A stretch of 24,000 bases of DNA from an uncultured Methanosarcinales archaeon. Its GTDB lineage: Archaea; Nanobdellota; Nanobdellia; Woesearchaeales; GW2011-AR9. The notes below the pieces were generated by a model. That model was not told the origin of the DNA and searched no databases. It saw only the letters and a list, made by a program, of their open reading frames with translations. Below are positions 7,739-13,441 of the stretch, piece after piece (the first letter of the stretch is position 1; each line of letters starts with the position of its first letter). Position numbers and translations under genes: made by a program. The stretch lies in the NCBI GenBank assembly GCA_964344235.1, contig CAYFMJ010000002.1, positions 135,496 through 159,495 of the forward strand. Reading direction: 5' to 3'.

Positions 7739-9015
7739 CAAATGTATATTTTTTTACACAGGGATGTAGTGCTAATGTTGCTGACTCAGAACAGATGGCA
7801 GGATTACTGGAGCAAGCTAAATTTAGCATAGTTAACAGAATTCAAGAAGCACATGTTATTGTTATGAATTCGTGTTCAGTTAAATCACCTTCTGAATCTA
7901 TGTTTTTCAAAACTTTGGAACAATTTAAGCAAGAACATCCGCATAAATTAATTGTGGTGGCTGGATGTATCCCAGAGGCTGATCCACGGAAGTTTAAAGA
8001 GTATTCAGTTGTTGGTACACAAAGCATTCATCATATCGTGCAGGTAGTGGAAGAAACACTGAATGATAATGTTTTACAGATTCTAGGAAATGAAGAAGTG
8101 CCACCATTGGATATGCCGAAAGTGCGAAAGAATCCTGTTGTAGAAATTATTCCAATTAATAGAGGTTGTTTGGGAGCATGTACATTTTGTAAAACGAAAC
8201 AAGCACGGGGGAATTTGATCTCTTACTCTGTTGATGAAATAGTTGATGTTGCTCAAAAAGCGTTATCAGAAGGAGTGAAAGAGATTTGGTTAACTTCACA
8301 GGATACATTTTGTTACGGTTTTGATATTGGGACAGATATTGTGGAGTTGCTCAATGAGTTGGTTAAGTTAGATGGTGATTTCTTTATTCGTGTGGGAATG
8401 GGTAACCCAGATCATATGCCGAAAGTGCAGGAGGGGTTAATTGAGGTGTATAAACATCCGAAGATTTTCAAGTTTTTGCATTTACCATTACAAGCAGGTC
8501 ATAATTATACTCTGCAGCAGATGCGTCGGAGGTATACAGTGCAGCAATTTAGAGATACAGTCGATGCATTTAGGAAAGCGATTCCTGAAATTAATTTGAT
8601 GACTGATATTATTGTGGGGTATCCAACAGAAAATGAAGATCATTTCTGGGGAACGTTGCAAGCTGTTAGACGAGTAACGCCAGATTCAATTAATATTTCA
8701 CGGTTCTGGCCACGGCCAGGTACGCCTGCTGCTGAATTAAAACCGTTAGATGGTGGAGAGGTAAAGAAACGATCAACAGTGATAACAGATATTTTTCATA
8801 ATATATCTACCCTGCAAAATGAACGATGGAAAGGTTGGGAAGGTTCTGTGTTAATTGATGAGAAAGGAAAGGATGGTCAATGGATTGGTCGGAATTATTG
8901 TTATAAACCAGTGATTGTTGAAGGGGATTTTAATTTAGGTGATTCAGTTAAAGTTCGGATTGTGAAAACTGGATTATTTGATTTACGGGGGGAAGTAGTG
9001 AATGGTACAGCGTGA
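7735..9015 (+). CDS. mtaB: archaeal-type (MtaB/CDKAL1-like) radical-SAM tRNA methylthiotransferase
   Basis: N-terminal MTTase domain cysteines (GCSANVADSE, NSCSVK, VAGCIPE), radical-SAM 'CLGACTFC' (CxxxCxxC) and a C-terminal TRAM-like segment 'GSVLIDEKG...VKVRIVKTGLFDLRGEVV'. Confidence 0.85.
   Translation: MTNVYFFTQGCSANVADSEQMAGLLEQAKFSIVNRIQEAHVIVMNSCSVKSPSESMFFKTLEQFKQEHPHKLIVVAGCIPEADPRKFKEYSVVGTQSIHHIVQVVEETLNDNVLQILGNEEVPPLDMPKVRKNPVVEIIPINRGCLGACTFCKTKQARGNLISYSVDEIVDVAQKALSEGVKEIWLTSQDTFCYGFDIGTDIVELLNELVKLDGDFFIRVGMGNPDHMPKVQEGLIEVYKHPKIFKFLHLPLQAGHNYTLQQMRRRYTVQQFRDTVDAFRKAIPEINLMTDIIVGYPTENEDHFWGTLQAVRRVTPDSINISRFWPRPGTPAAELKPLDGGEVKKRSTVITDIFHNISTLQNERWKGWEGSVLIDEKGKDGQWIGRNYCYKPVIVEGDFNLGDSVKVRIVKTGLFDLRGEVVNGTA
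7762..7797 (+). repeat. right copy of the 36-nt imperfect direct repeat (inside the intact gene)
   Basis: See the left copy. Homology ends at the same codon (Met21). Confidence 0.8.
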
Positions 9016-9056
9016 TGAAGCGAGATTATCTCTTGATGATACTGTAGGGGCTCCCA

Positions 9057-9353
9057 GTGTTGAGAACTCTTTCAACAAGGAAAGCTAAATGGGGTTTTGC
9101 TCTTACAACTATGGTTGCTGCATTTTATGTAGGAGATTCAAATCCAGATGTTGTTTCATTACCTCAAAATGCTTGGGAATATTTGCTTGCTGGCGTTCCT
9201 GCCGTTGGTACTGTGATTTCGTCTGGACTTGTAAATGGTCGCTATGCTTCACGCCAGGATTTTGAAACAATGTTTTCGGAAGGTCTTGCAAAAGGAACGA
9301 AATTAGCAGTTTTTAGTGCAATGCTTGGTTATGCCGCTGGATCTTTCTTCTAA
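9057..9353 (+). CDS. small hypothetical membrane protein (98 aa, GTG start)
   Basis: The ORF fills the gap between two genes and has two or three hydrophobic stretches. The non-ATG start and absence of any motif keep confidence low. Confidence 0.35.
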   Translation: MLRTLSTRKAKWGFALTTMVAAFYVGDSNPDVVSLPQNAWEYLLAGVPAVGTVISSGLVNGRYASRQDFETMFSEGLAKGTKLAVFSAMLGYAAGSFF

Positions 9354-9364
9354 TTATTCGAAAC

Positions 9365-9373
9365 TATTAAAAA
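9365..9373 (+). promoter_or_regulatory. TATA box (tattaaaaa) for alaS
   Basis: Centre is about 27 nt upstream of the ATG at 9396. Confidence 0.5.
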
Positions 9374-9395
9374 TCACTTTCATTCTATCTGTGAA

Positions 9396-11141
9396 ATGAA
9401 TGCAAAAGAGTTACGGGAGAAGTATTTTAATTTCTTTAAGGAGAAAGGACATGCTATTATTCCCTCAGCATCATTAATTCCAATGAATGATGCGTCAGTA
9501 TTATTCAACACAGCAGGAATGCAACCACTTGTTCCGTATTTGATGGGAAATGTTCATCCTGCCGGCAAAAGATTAGTTAATTTACAGAAATGTTTACGAA
9601 CGGTTGACTTTGAAAATATTGGAGATAATACGCACCATACGTTTTTCCAGATGTTAGGGAATTGGTCACTAGGGGATTATTTTAAGAAAGATACGATCGC
9701 CTGGAGTTTTGAATTCTTAACAGAAGTGTTGCAATTACCCTTAAACATGCTGGCGTTTACTGTGTATAAAGGTGATGACGTTGTGCCTGCGGATGAGGAA
9801 GCGGCACAGTTCTGGGAAGCGCATGGAGTTCCTAGAAAAAGAATTGCATTTTTAGGGAAAGATAACTTCTGGTCGGCTGGTGAGACGGGTCCATGTGGTC
9901 CATCAACAGAGATGTTTTATTGGACGGGTAAAGGAGAAGCGCCAGAGGAGTTTGATGCAGAGGATGAGCAGTGGGTGGAGATTTGGAATGATGTATTTAT
10001 GACGTATAATCGGGATGACAAGGGTAATCTGTCTCCATTACAACAAAAGAACGTCGATACAGGAATGGGTTTTGAAAGGGCATTAGCAGTGTTGAATGGG
10101 AAAGAGAGTGCATATGAAACGTCGTTATTTGCTGGTGCGATTCTCAAGTTAACAGAGTTAAGTGGAAGAAACTATGCGGACTGCAAGAAAGAGATGCGCA
10201 TTGTTGTTGACCATTTACGAGCAGCAGTGTTTGTGTTAGGTGATGAGAATGGTGTTGTGCCGTCAAATGTTGATAGGGGATATATTTTACGACGATTGAT
10301 TCGAAGAGCGATTCGGTTTGCCAAACAGATTGGTATTGATGAAATGTTCACTGCTGAGATTAGCAAGATCTTCATTGCAGAGTATGGTGAGTATTATACG
10401 GAGTTAGAGAAGAATAAAGAAAAGATTATTGGTGAGTTACAGAAAGAGGAACAGAAATTTGCATTGACGTTAGAGAAGGGATTGCGTGTGTTTGAGAAGT
10501 TAGCTGCGCAAGCAGATGTTATTTCTGGAAAAGATGCGTTCTTATTATTCCAATCATATGGTTTTCCATTAGAGATGACGCAGGAGTTAGCAATGGAACA
10601 GGGAATTAGTGTTGATGAAGCTGTGTTTAAAGAAGAATATGAAAAACACCAGGGCTTATCTCGAACAGCATCTGCAGGGAAGTTTAAAGGCGGCTTAGCA
10701 GATAATTCCCCTGAAACAACTCGGTTACATACAGCTACTCACTTATTGGCTGAGGCGTTACGAAGAGTGTTAGGTTCTGAGGTTAAGCAGCGAGGTTCGA
10801 ATATTACGCCTGAAAGACTGCGGTTTGATTTTACATTTGATAGAAAGTTAACGCCGGAAGAGATTAAAGCAGTTGAAGATGAAGTGAATAAAGTTATTGA
10901 TTCTCATGTTGAAGTTAGGCGAGTAGAGATGACGAAAGAGGAAGCAGTGAGGTTAGGTGCACAAATGGAGTTCGGTGCAAAGTATCCAGACAGAGTGAGC
11001 GTCTATTTTGTTGGTGAGTATTCTAAAGAATTTTGTGGTGGACCGCACGTAAAGAATACGTCTGAGATTGGACATTTTAAAATTGTGAAAGAGAAAAGTT
11101 CTTCTGGTGGTGTGAGACGGATTAAGGCTGTTTTGGAGTAA
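9396..11141 (+). CDS. alaS: alanyl-tRNA synthetase, bacterial-type catalytic and editing domains, short form lacking the C-terminal C-Ala region
   Basis: 'LFNTAGMQPLVPY', 'QKCLRTVDFENIGDNTHHTFFQMLGNWSLGDYFK' (class II AlaRS core), and editing-domain 'HTATHLL' (HxxxH) and 'CGGPHV' (CxxxH). The protein ends about 35 aa after CGGPHV, at 581 aa in total. Confidence 0.85.
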   Translation: MNAKELREKYFNFFKEKGHAIIPSASLIPMNDASVLFNTAGMQPLVPYLMGNVHPAGKRLVNLQKCLRTVDFENIGDNTHHTFFQMLGNWSLGDYFKKDTIAWSFEFLTEVLQLPLNMLAFTVYKGDDVVPADEEAAQFWEAHGVPRKRIAFLGKDNFWSAGETGPCGPSTEMFYWTGKGEAPEEFDAEDEQWVEIWNDVFMTYNRDDKGNLSPLQQKNVDTGMGFERALAVLNGKESAYETSLFAGAILKLTELSGRNYADCKKEMRIVVDHLRAAVFVLGDENGVVPSNVDRGYILRRLIRRAIRFAKQIGIDEMFTAEISKIFIAEYGEYYTELEKNKEKIIGELQKEEQKFALTLEKGLRVFEKLAAQADVISGKDAFLLFQSYGFPLEMTQELAMEQGISVDEAVFKEEYEKHQGLSRTASAGKFKGGLADNSPETTRLHTATHLLAEALRRVLGSEVKQRGSNITPERLRFDFTFDRKLTPEEIKAVEDEVNKVIDSHVEVRRVEMTKEEAVRLGAQMEFGAKYPDRVSVYFVGEYSKEFCGGPHVKNTSEIGHFKIVKEKSSSGGVRRIKAVLE

Positions 11142-11143
11142 TT

Positions 11144-11764
11144 CTATAAACTTCTGTCAATAAAATCTCCCTCATTTCTTAGTAGCATTTCGGGAACGAC
11201 TGGATGTTGTTTTACTGCCTCTGGAAATGGTACCTCATACTCAAAACGGAATTGGGAACTTGGATCGAGGGTAGCTACGCTCACTGGAAGAAGAGGGACG
11301 TAAAATGTACATTGGTCATCGCTTGCAGCGTATGTTGGTGCCCCAAACTGGGTAAAGTGAATGTTTGCTAGTACTGTTGCTCCCTCGCAAGTTGCTTGCG
11401 TAAATTCAAGCTCACGGTATGGCGGAAAGCGAAAGTCTTCGCCCGCTTCTAATACTTCGTTAAGACGCCACCATTGCCATCGAACTTCGTCTGCAAGATG
11501 TTTCAAGGAGATTTCTCGAAGATATACTGATATGTCATTCTCTGCAATAGTATTCAGACTTCTTTCCATAATTGGTCTTAATTCTGTGTCTAGACAAAGT
11601 GCTGTAAGAACCCAATCTGCTCTGCCGTAATAAAAGCCGGTTTCAAATAATAGCTCTGGATGGCTCTCTTCAATTTCTGTTGCTATGTGTTTGCCCACCC
11701 TTCTTTTGAACTTCTCAAAGTACTTGTAGTGTGCTTTCAGTGATTCAAGGAAGAGGTCTCTCAT
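11144..11764 (-). CDS. hypothetical protein (206 aa)
   Basis: ORF taken from the ATG (MRDLFLESL...). The 15-codon upstream extension in the ORF track begins at a GTG inside the tRNA-Gly T-loop intron and overlaps tRNA exon 3, so I rejected it. No family recognised. R-rich and K-poor. Confidence 0.5.
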   Translation of the reverse strand: MRDLFLESLKAHYKYFEKFKRRVGKHIATEIEESHPELLFETGFYYGRADWVLTALCLDTELRPIMERSLNTIAENDISVYLREISLKHLADEVRWQWWRLNEVLEAGEDFRFPPYRELEFTQATCEGATVLANIHFTQFGAPTYAASDDQCTFYVPLLPVSVATLDPSSQFRFEYEVPFPEAVKQHPVVPEMLLRNEGDFIDRSL

Positions 11765-11796
11765 TGTGTAAAAGTAAATGAATGCGCGGGCCGGGA

Positions 11797-11828
11797 CTTT
11801 CCAAAACACTGTTTTTTACAATGTAATA
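11797..11828 (-). other. tRNA-Gly intron 2 (32 nt, T-loop 59/60)
   Basis: It interrupts TTCAAG|T between T-stem halves CCGGG and CCCGG. It has an internal 7-bp helix ACATTGT/ACAGTGT. The BHB is relaxed, with only 3 of 4 central pairs. Confidence 0.65.
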
Positions 11829-11849
11829 CTTGAACCCGGGTCACAGCGT

Positions 11850-11863
11850 CTTTGCTGAAGCAA
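11850..11863 (-). other. tRNA-Gly intron 1 (14 nt, canonical 37/38)
   Basis: Bulge-helix-bulge (BHB) fold: central helix TTGC/GCAA, 5' bulge CA|T, 3' bulge AG|A adjacent to the anticodon stem. Confidence 0.7.
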
Positions 11864-11925
11864 TGGCAACGCCGTATACTAACCACTATACTACCCACGC
11901 ACAACCTCTCAAAGAAAATATGTTC

Positions 11926-11933
11926 TTAATAAA
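11926..11933 (-). promoter_or_regulatory. TATA box for tRNA-Gly (minus strand agtaaag-tttattaa)
   Basis: Centre is about 29 nt upstream of tRNA position 1. The same BRE/TATA string occurs in the rps12 promoter (cagtaaag-tttataaa). Confidence 0.5.
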
Positions 11934-11945
11934 CTTTACTAATCA

Positions 11946-11970
11946 GAAAAATAAAAGAAAGAAAAAAAAG
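11946..11970 (-). terminator. oligo-T tract terminator after the membrane-protein gene
   Basis: The minus strand reads cttttttttctttcttttattttt immediately after the stop at 11977. Archaeal RNAP terminates at T runs. Confidence 0.45.
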
Positions 11971-11976
11971 ATACTC

Positions 11977-12354
11977 TTAGTTTCGTGCTAGGCCAAACAC
12001 AGCTCGTAATGCAACGATAATTGTCGCTGGTACGAATAGTGTTAAAATTCCTCGCAAGATGTTGCCAATCATTGGTGCAACTGCATCAAATACTCCTACT
12101 TGGACCCCCAAGAAAGAGACTAATACTAACACCGTCCCACTGGTTAAGAAACCGGATGCTTCATTGTGGGAGACATTTAGCAGACCTACTACGACACCTA
12201 ATAGGAATACAACCCATAACATTGTTGCTTGGTATGGTCCTGTAAAACCTAATCCGAGAAGTACTGCTAAGACAACACCAACGAGAAATGCCCAACTCCC
12301 TACTAGATGTGCGTTACTCCGCCGTGGAGCTGCTGCTCTTCGTCTTTTTGCCAT
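11977..12354 (-). CDS. small integral membrane protein (125 aa, 3-4 predicted TM helices)
   Basis: The basic N-terminus MAKRRRAAAPRR is followed by long hydrophobic G/V/L-rich stretches. A GGTGA Shine-Dalgarno-like motif lies about 7 nt upstream of the ATG. Confidence 0.55.
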   Translation of the reverse strand: MAKRRRAAAPRRSNAHLVGSWAFLVGVVLAVLLGLGFTGPYQATMLWVVFLLGVVVGLLNVSHNEASGFLTSGTVLVLVSFLGVQVGVFDAVAPMIGNILRGILTLFVPATIIVALRAVFGLARN

Positions 12355-12471
12355 TTAACTATCACCTCTTTTTTTTAAGGGTCCTATGACGGGTTCCCTT
12401 ATAGTTTCCTACTATTATTTTTTTATTTATATGTCTTTTGTTTTTTATCCGTCTATTTTTATAGCAAAAAC

Positions 12472-12479
12472 TTAATAAA
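12472..12479 (+). promoter_or_regulatory. TATA box (ttaataaa) for the intron-rich tRNA
   Basis: Centre is about 27 nt upstream of tRNA position 1 (12503), so transcription should start at or within a few nt of the mature 5' end. Confidence 0.5.
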
Positions 12480-12541
12480 AGGGTTAGCGGTTTTCTGTGT
12501 ATCCCCTCTTAGTTTAGCTTGGCTAGAACGCTCCGCTGTGT

Positions 12542-12627
12542 GTTCTTAGGAAACTGAGAACAGGCGAGAGATAAGTTCACTGTTGGACTAAGCCTTTAGG
12601 GCTCTGGATGAAATACAGCCAGTGGGG
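12542..12627 (+). other. tRNA intron 1 (about 86 nt, at or next to 37/38)
   Basis: The central helix CTGT/GTGG and 3-nt bulges (GT|G and GG|A) are placed exactly as in tRNA-Asp of this window. The intron starts with an 8-bp hairpin tgttctta-ggaaac-tgagaaca. No inner BHB helix was found, so the motif is relaxed. Confidence 0.5.
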
Positions 12628-13336
12628 ACGGAGAGACATCTTCGGATGCTTCAAATCCCCGGTTCAAATCCGGGAGAGGGGACTCCGAAGGCAGGGTGTG
12701 CGTTCTCACCCTTGCCTTCACATATTTTTCAATTTTTTCTTGTTTTCTAACACAATAAAAACCAATTTCTTTGTAGAACTTTTCTATGTCTTTGATCACA
12801 ATTGCGAAAACATTTCTTTTTGCACCAAATCCCGATTTAATAGTGTTCTCTATTCCGAATTCAGAGATCATTTTTTGTACTTGTTTTAGGCCTTTGAAAT
12901 TGATTGAGTAGAGTCTTAAAATTAATCTTCTTCCTTCTGGGATTACACTCCCCTCGTCGTCGTATAGGGCTTTTAAGAACTCACGCTTGATGCTTTTACT
13001 AGCTTCTATAATTTCTTTTGGAACGGTCCAAGTCCTAGAGAAGTAATCACAGTAACTCTTAAGATCTTCATATGCTAATTTTGACCTAACTCTTGCGTAA
13101 GGAAGAAGCTTGCCCGTTTTTCCGGATGGCTTGAGTGCAACAACCGGTTTTAGCCCATAAACATTGTCTAAGTCATCAACAAACTGTTGTAGTAATTCTG
13201 GGTCTGTGATGTCATATTTAATGTTGTAATCAGTTCGGCACTTGTAAGCACAACCATCGCCAATCAAGTGAGCGATTAGCCTTGCTTTAGCTTCTGTTAA
13301 CTCTTTGAAGCCGGGTTTTAGTCTCTTGATTCTCAT
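12596..13336 (-). CDS. LAGLIDADG homing endonuclease (double-motif), free-standing, with about 35-aa C-terminal read-through tail antisense to the tRNA
   Basis: Motifs 'LIAHLIGDGCA' and 'FLKALYDDEGSV' are about 100 aa apart. A TATA-like ttataaatattaaaatt lies upstream on the minus strand. After about residue 210 the ORF runs through the terminator hairpin and tRNA exons 3 and 2, and stops inside tRNA intron 1. Confidence 0.8.
   Translation of the reverse strand: MRIKRLKPGFKELTEAKARLIAHLIGDGCAYKCRTDYNIKYDITDPELLQQFVDDLDNVYGLKPVVALKPSGKTGKLLPYARVRSKLAYEDLKSYCDYFSRTWTVPKEIIEASKSIKREFLKALYDDEGSVIPEGRRLILRLYSINFKGLKQVQKMISEFGIENTIKSGFGAKRNVFAIVIKDIEKFYKEIGFYCVRKQEKIEKYVKARVRTHTLPSESPLPDLNRGFEASEDVSPSPLAVFHPEP
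12636..12654 (+). other. tRNA intron 2 (19 nt, variable region about 45/46) with near-canonical BHB
   Basis: Outer helix GGGGA(12624-28)/TCCCC(12656-60), 3-nt bulge AAA, central 4-bp helix GGAG/CTTC, 3-nt bulge AGA, inner helix CATC-(TTCG)-GATG. Removal leaves a 5-nt variable loop AGATC. Confidence 0.55.
12687..12740 (+). terminator. stem-loop plus T-tracts directly after the tRNA
   Basis: gaaggcagggtg (12687-98) pairs with cacccttgccttc (12707-19), with one bulged base. It is followed by catatttttcaatttttt. It lies inside the 3' tail of the antisense HEG ORF. Confidence 0.4.
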
Positions 13337-13413
13337 ACTTGAATCTTGAATTTTAATATTTATAATTTCTATTAGTACTTGTCTAGTGGGTTGTGACTAC
13401 ACTTTCAAAACAC

Positions 13414-13421
13414 TTAATAAA
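13414..13421 (+). promoter_or_regulatory. TATA box (ttaataaa, preceded by caaaacac) for the HAD gene
   Basis: Centre is about 24 nt upstream of the GTG start at 13442. Confidence 0.5.
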
Positions 13422-13441
13422 TCGAGTAACTTGTCCATTCT

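Larger units (their letters stand above)
6712..7797 (+). mobile_element. putative homing-endonuclease cassette: junction DNA, own TATA, LAGLIDADG ORF and a replacement 5' end of the methylthiotransferase gene
   Basis: It is bounded by imperfect direct repeats (6676-6711 and 7762-7797) that both end at ...GAACAGATG. It contains the HEG ORF. Which repeat copy is ancestral cannot be decided from this window. Confidence 0.5.
11783..11900 (-). tRNA. tRNA-Gly(GCC) with two introns (14 nt at 37/38, 32 nt at 59/60)
   Basis: Hand fold on the minus strand: acceptor GCGTGGG/CCCGCGC, D arm GTAT-AGTGGTTA-GTAT, anticodon stem CGGCG/CGCTG, spliced loop TTGCCAA, variable TGAC, T stem CCGGG/CCCGG, spliced T loop TTCAAGT, A73. 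No encoded CCA. Confidence 0.8.
12503..12682 (+). tRNA. intron-containing tRNA, best read as tRNA-His(GUG) from BHB geometry (alternative Pro-GGG); atypical identity features
   Basis: Acceptor CCCCTCT/AGAGGGG (C1:G72), TA, D arm GTTT-AGCTTGGCTA-GAAC, anticodon stem CTCCG/CGGAG, 5' loop CTGTGT, T arm CCCGG-TTCAAAT-CCGGG, A73. It requires removing about 86 nt from the anticodon loop and 19 nt from the variable region. There is no encoded G-1, and position 37 would be U under the His reading. Confidence 0.55.

Noticed and set aside
6649-7797. Intein or BHB-intron explanation for the interrupted methylthiotransferase
   Set aside because: The stub hits an in-frame stop at 6742 and the HEG is in a different frame, so it is not an intein. 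The two boundaries are same-sense repeats, not complementary, so no bulge-helix-bulge can form between them. The downstream copy has its own ATG and complete N-terminus.
9012-9055. Possible box C/D sRNA (GTGATGA ... TTGATGA with 12-nt spacers) after the mtaB stop
   Set aside because: No CTGA D or D' boxes occur at the required positions (tctt and tccc instead), and there is no terminal stem.
11765-11809. 15-codon N-terminal extension of the 11144 ORF
   Set aside because: It starts at a GTG inside the tRNA-Gly T-loop intron and overlaps tRNA exon 3, so the ATG at 11764 is the more credible start.
12021-12358. Two plus-strand ORFs (74 and 99 aa) overlapping the membrane-protein gene
   Set aside because: The minus-strand frame encodes coherent TM helices with an SD-like GGTGA and a downstream T-tract. 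The plus frames give low-complexity T/P/N-rich peptides.
12542-12627. Box C/D guide RNA inside the 86-nt tRNA intron (CTGA at 12554, GGATGA at 12606)
   Set aside because: The boxes are in the wrong order and spacing (about 46 nt apart), the C-like box is imperfect, and no second box pair is present.
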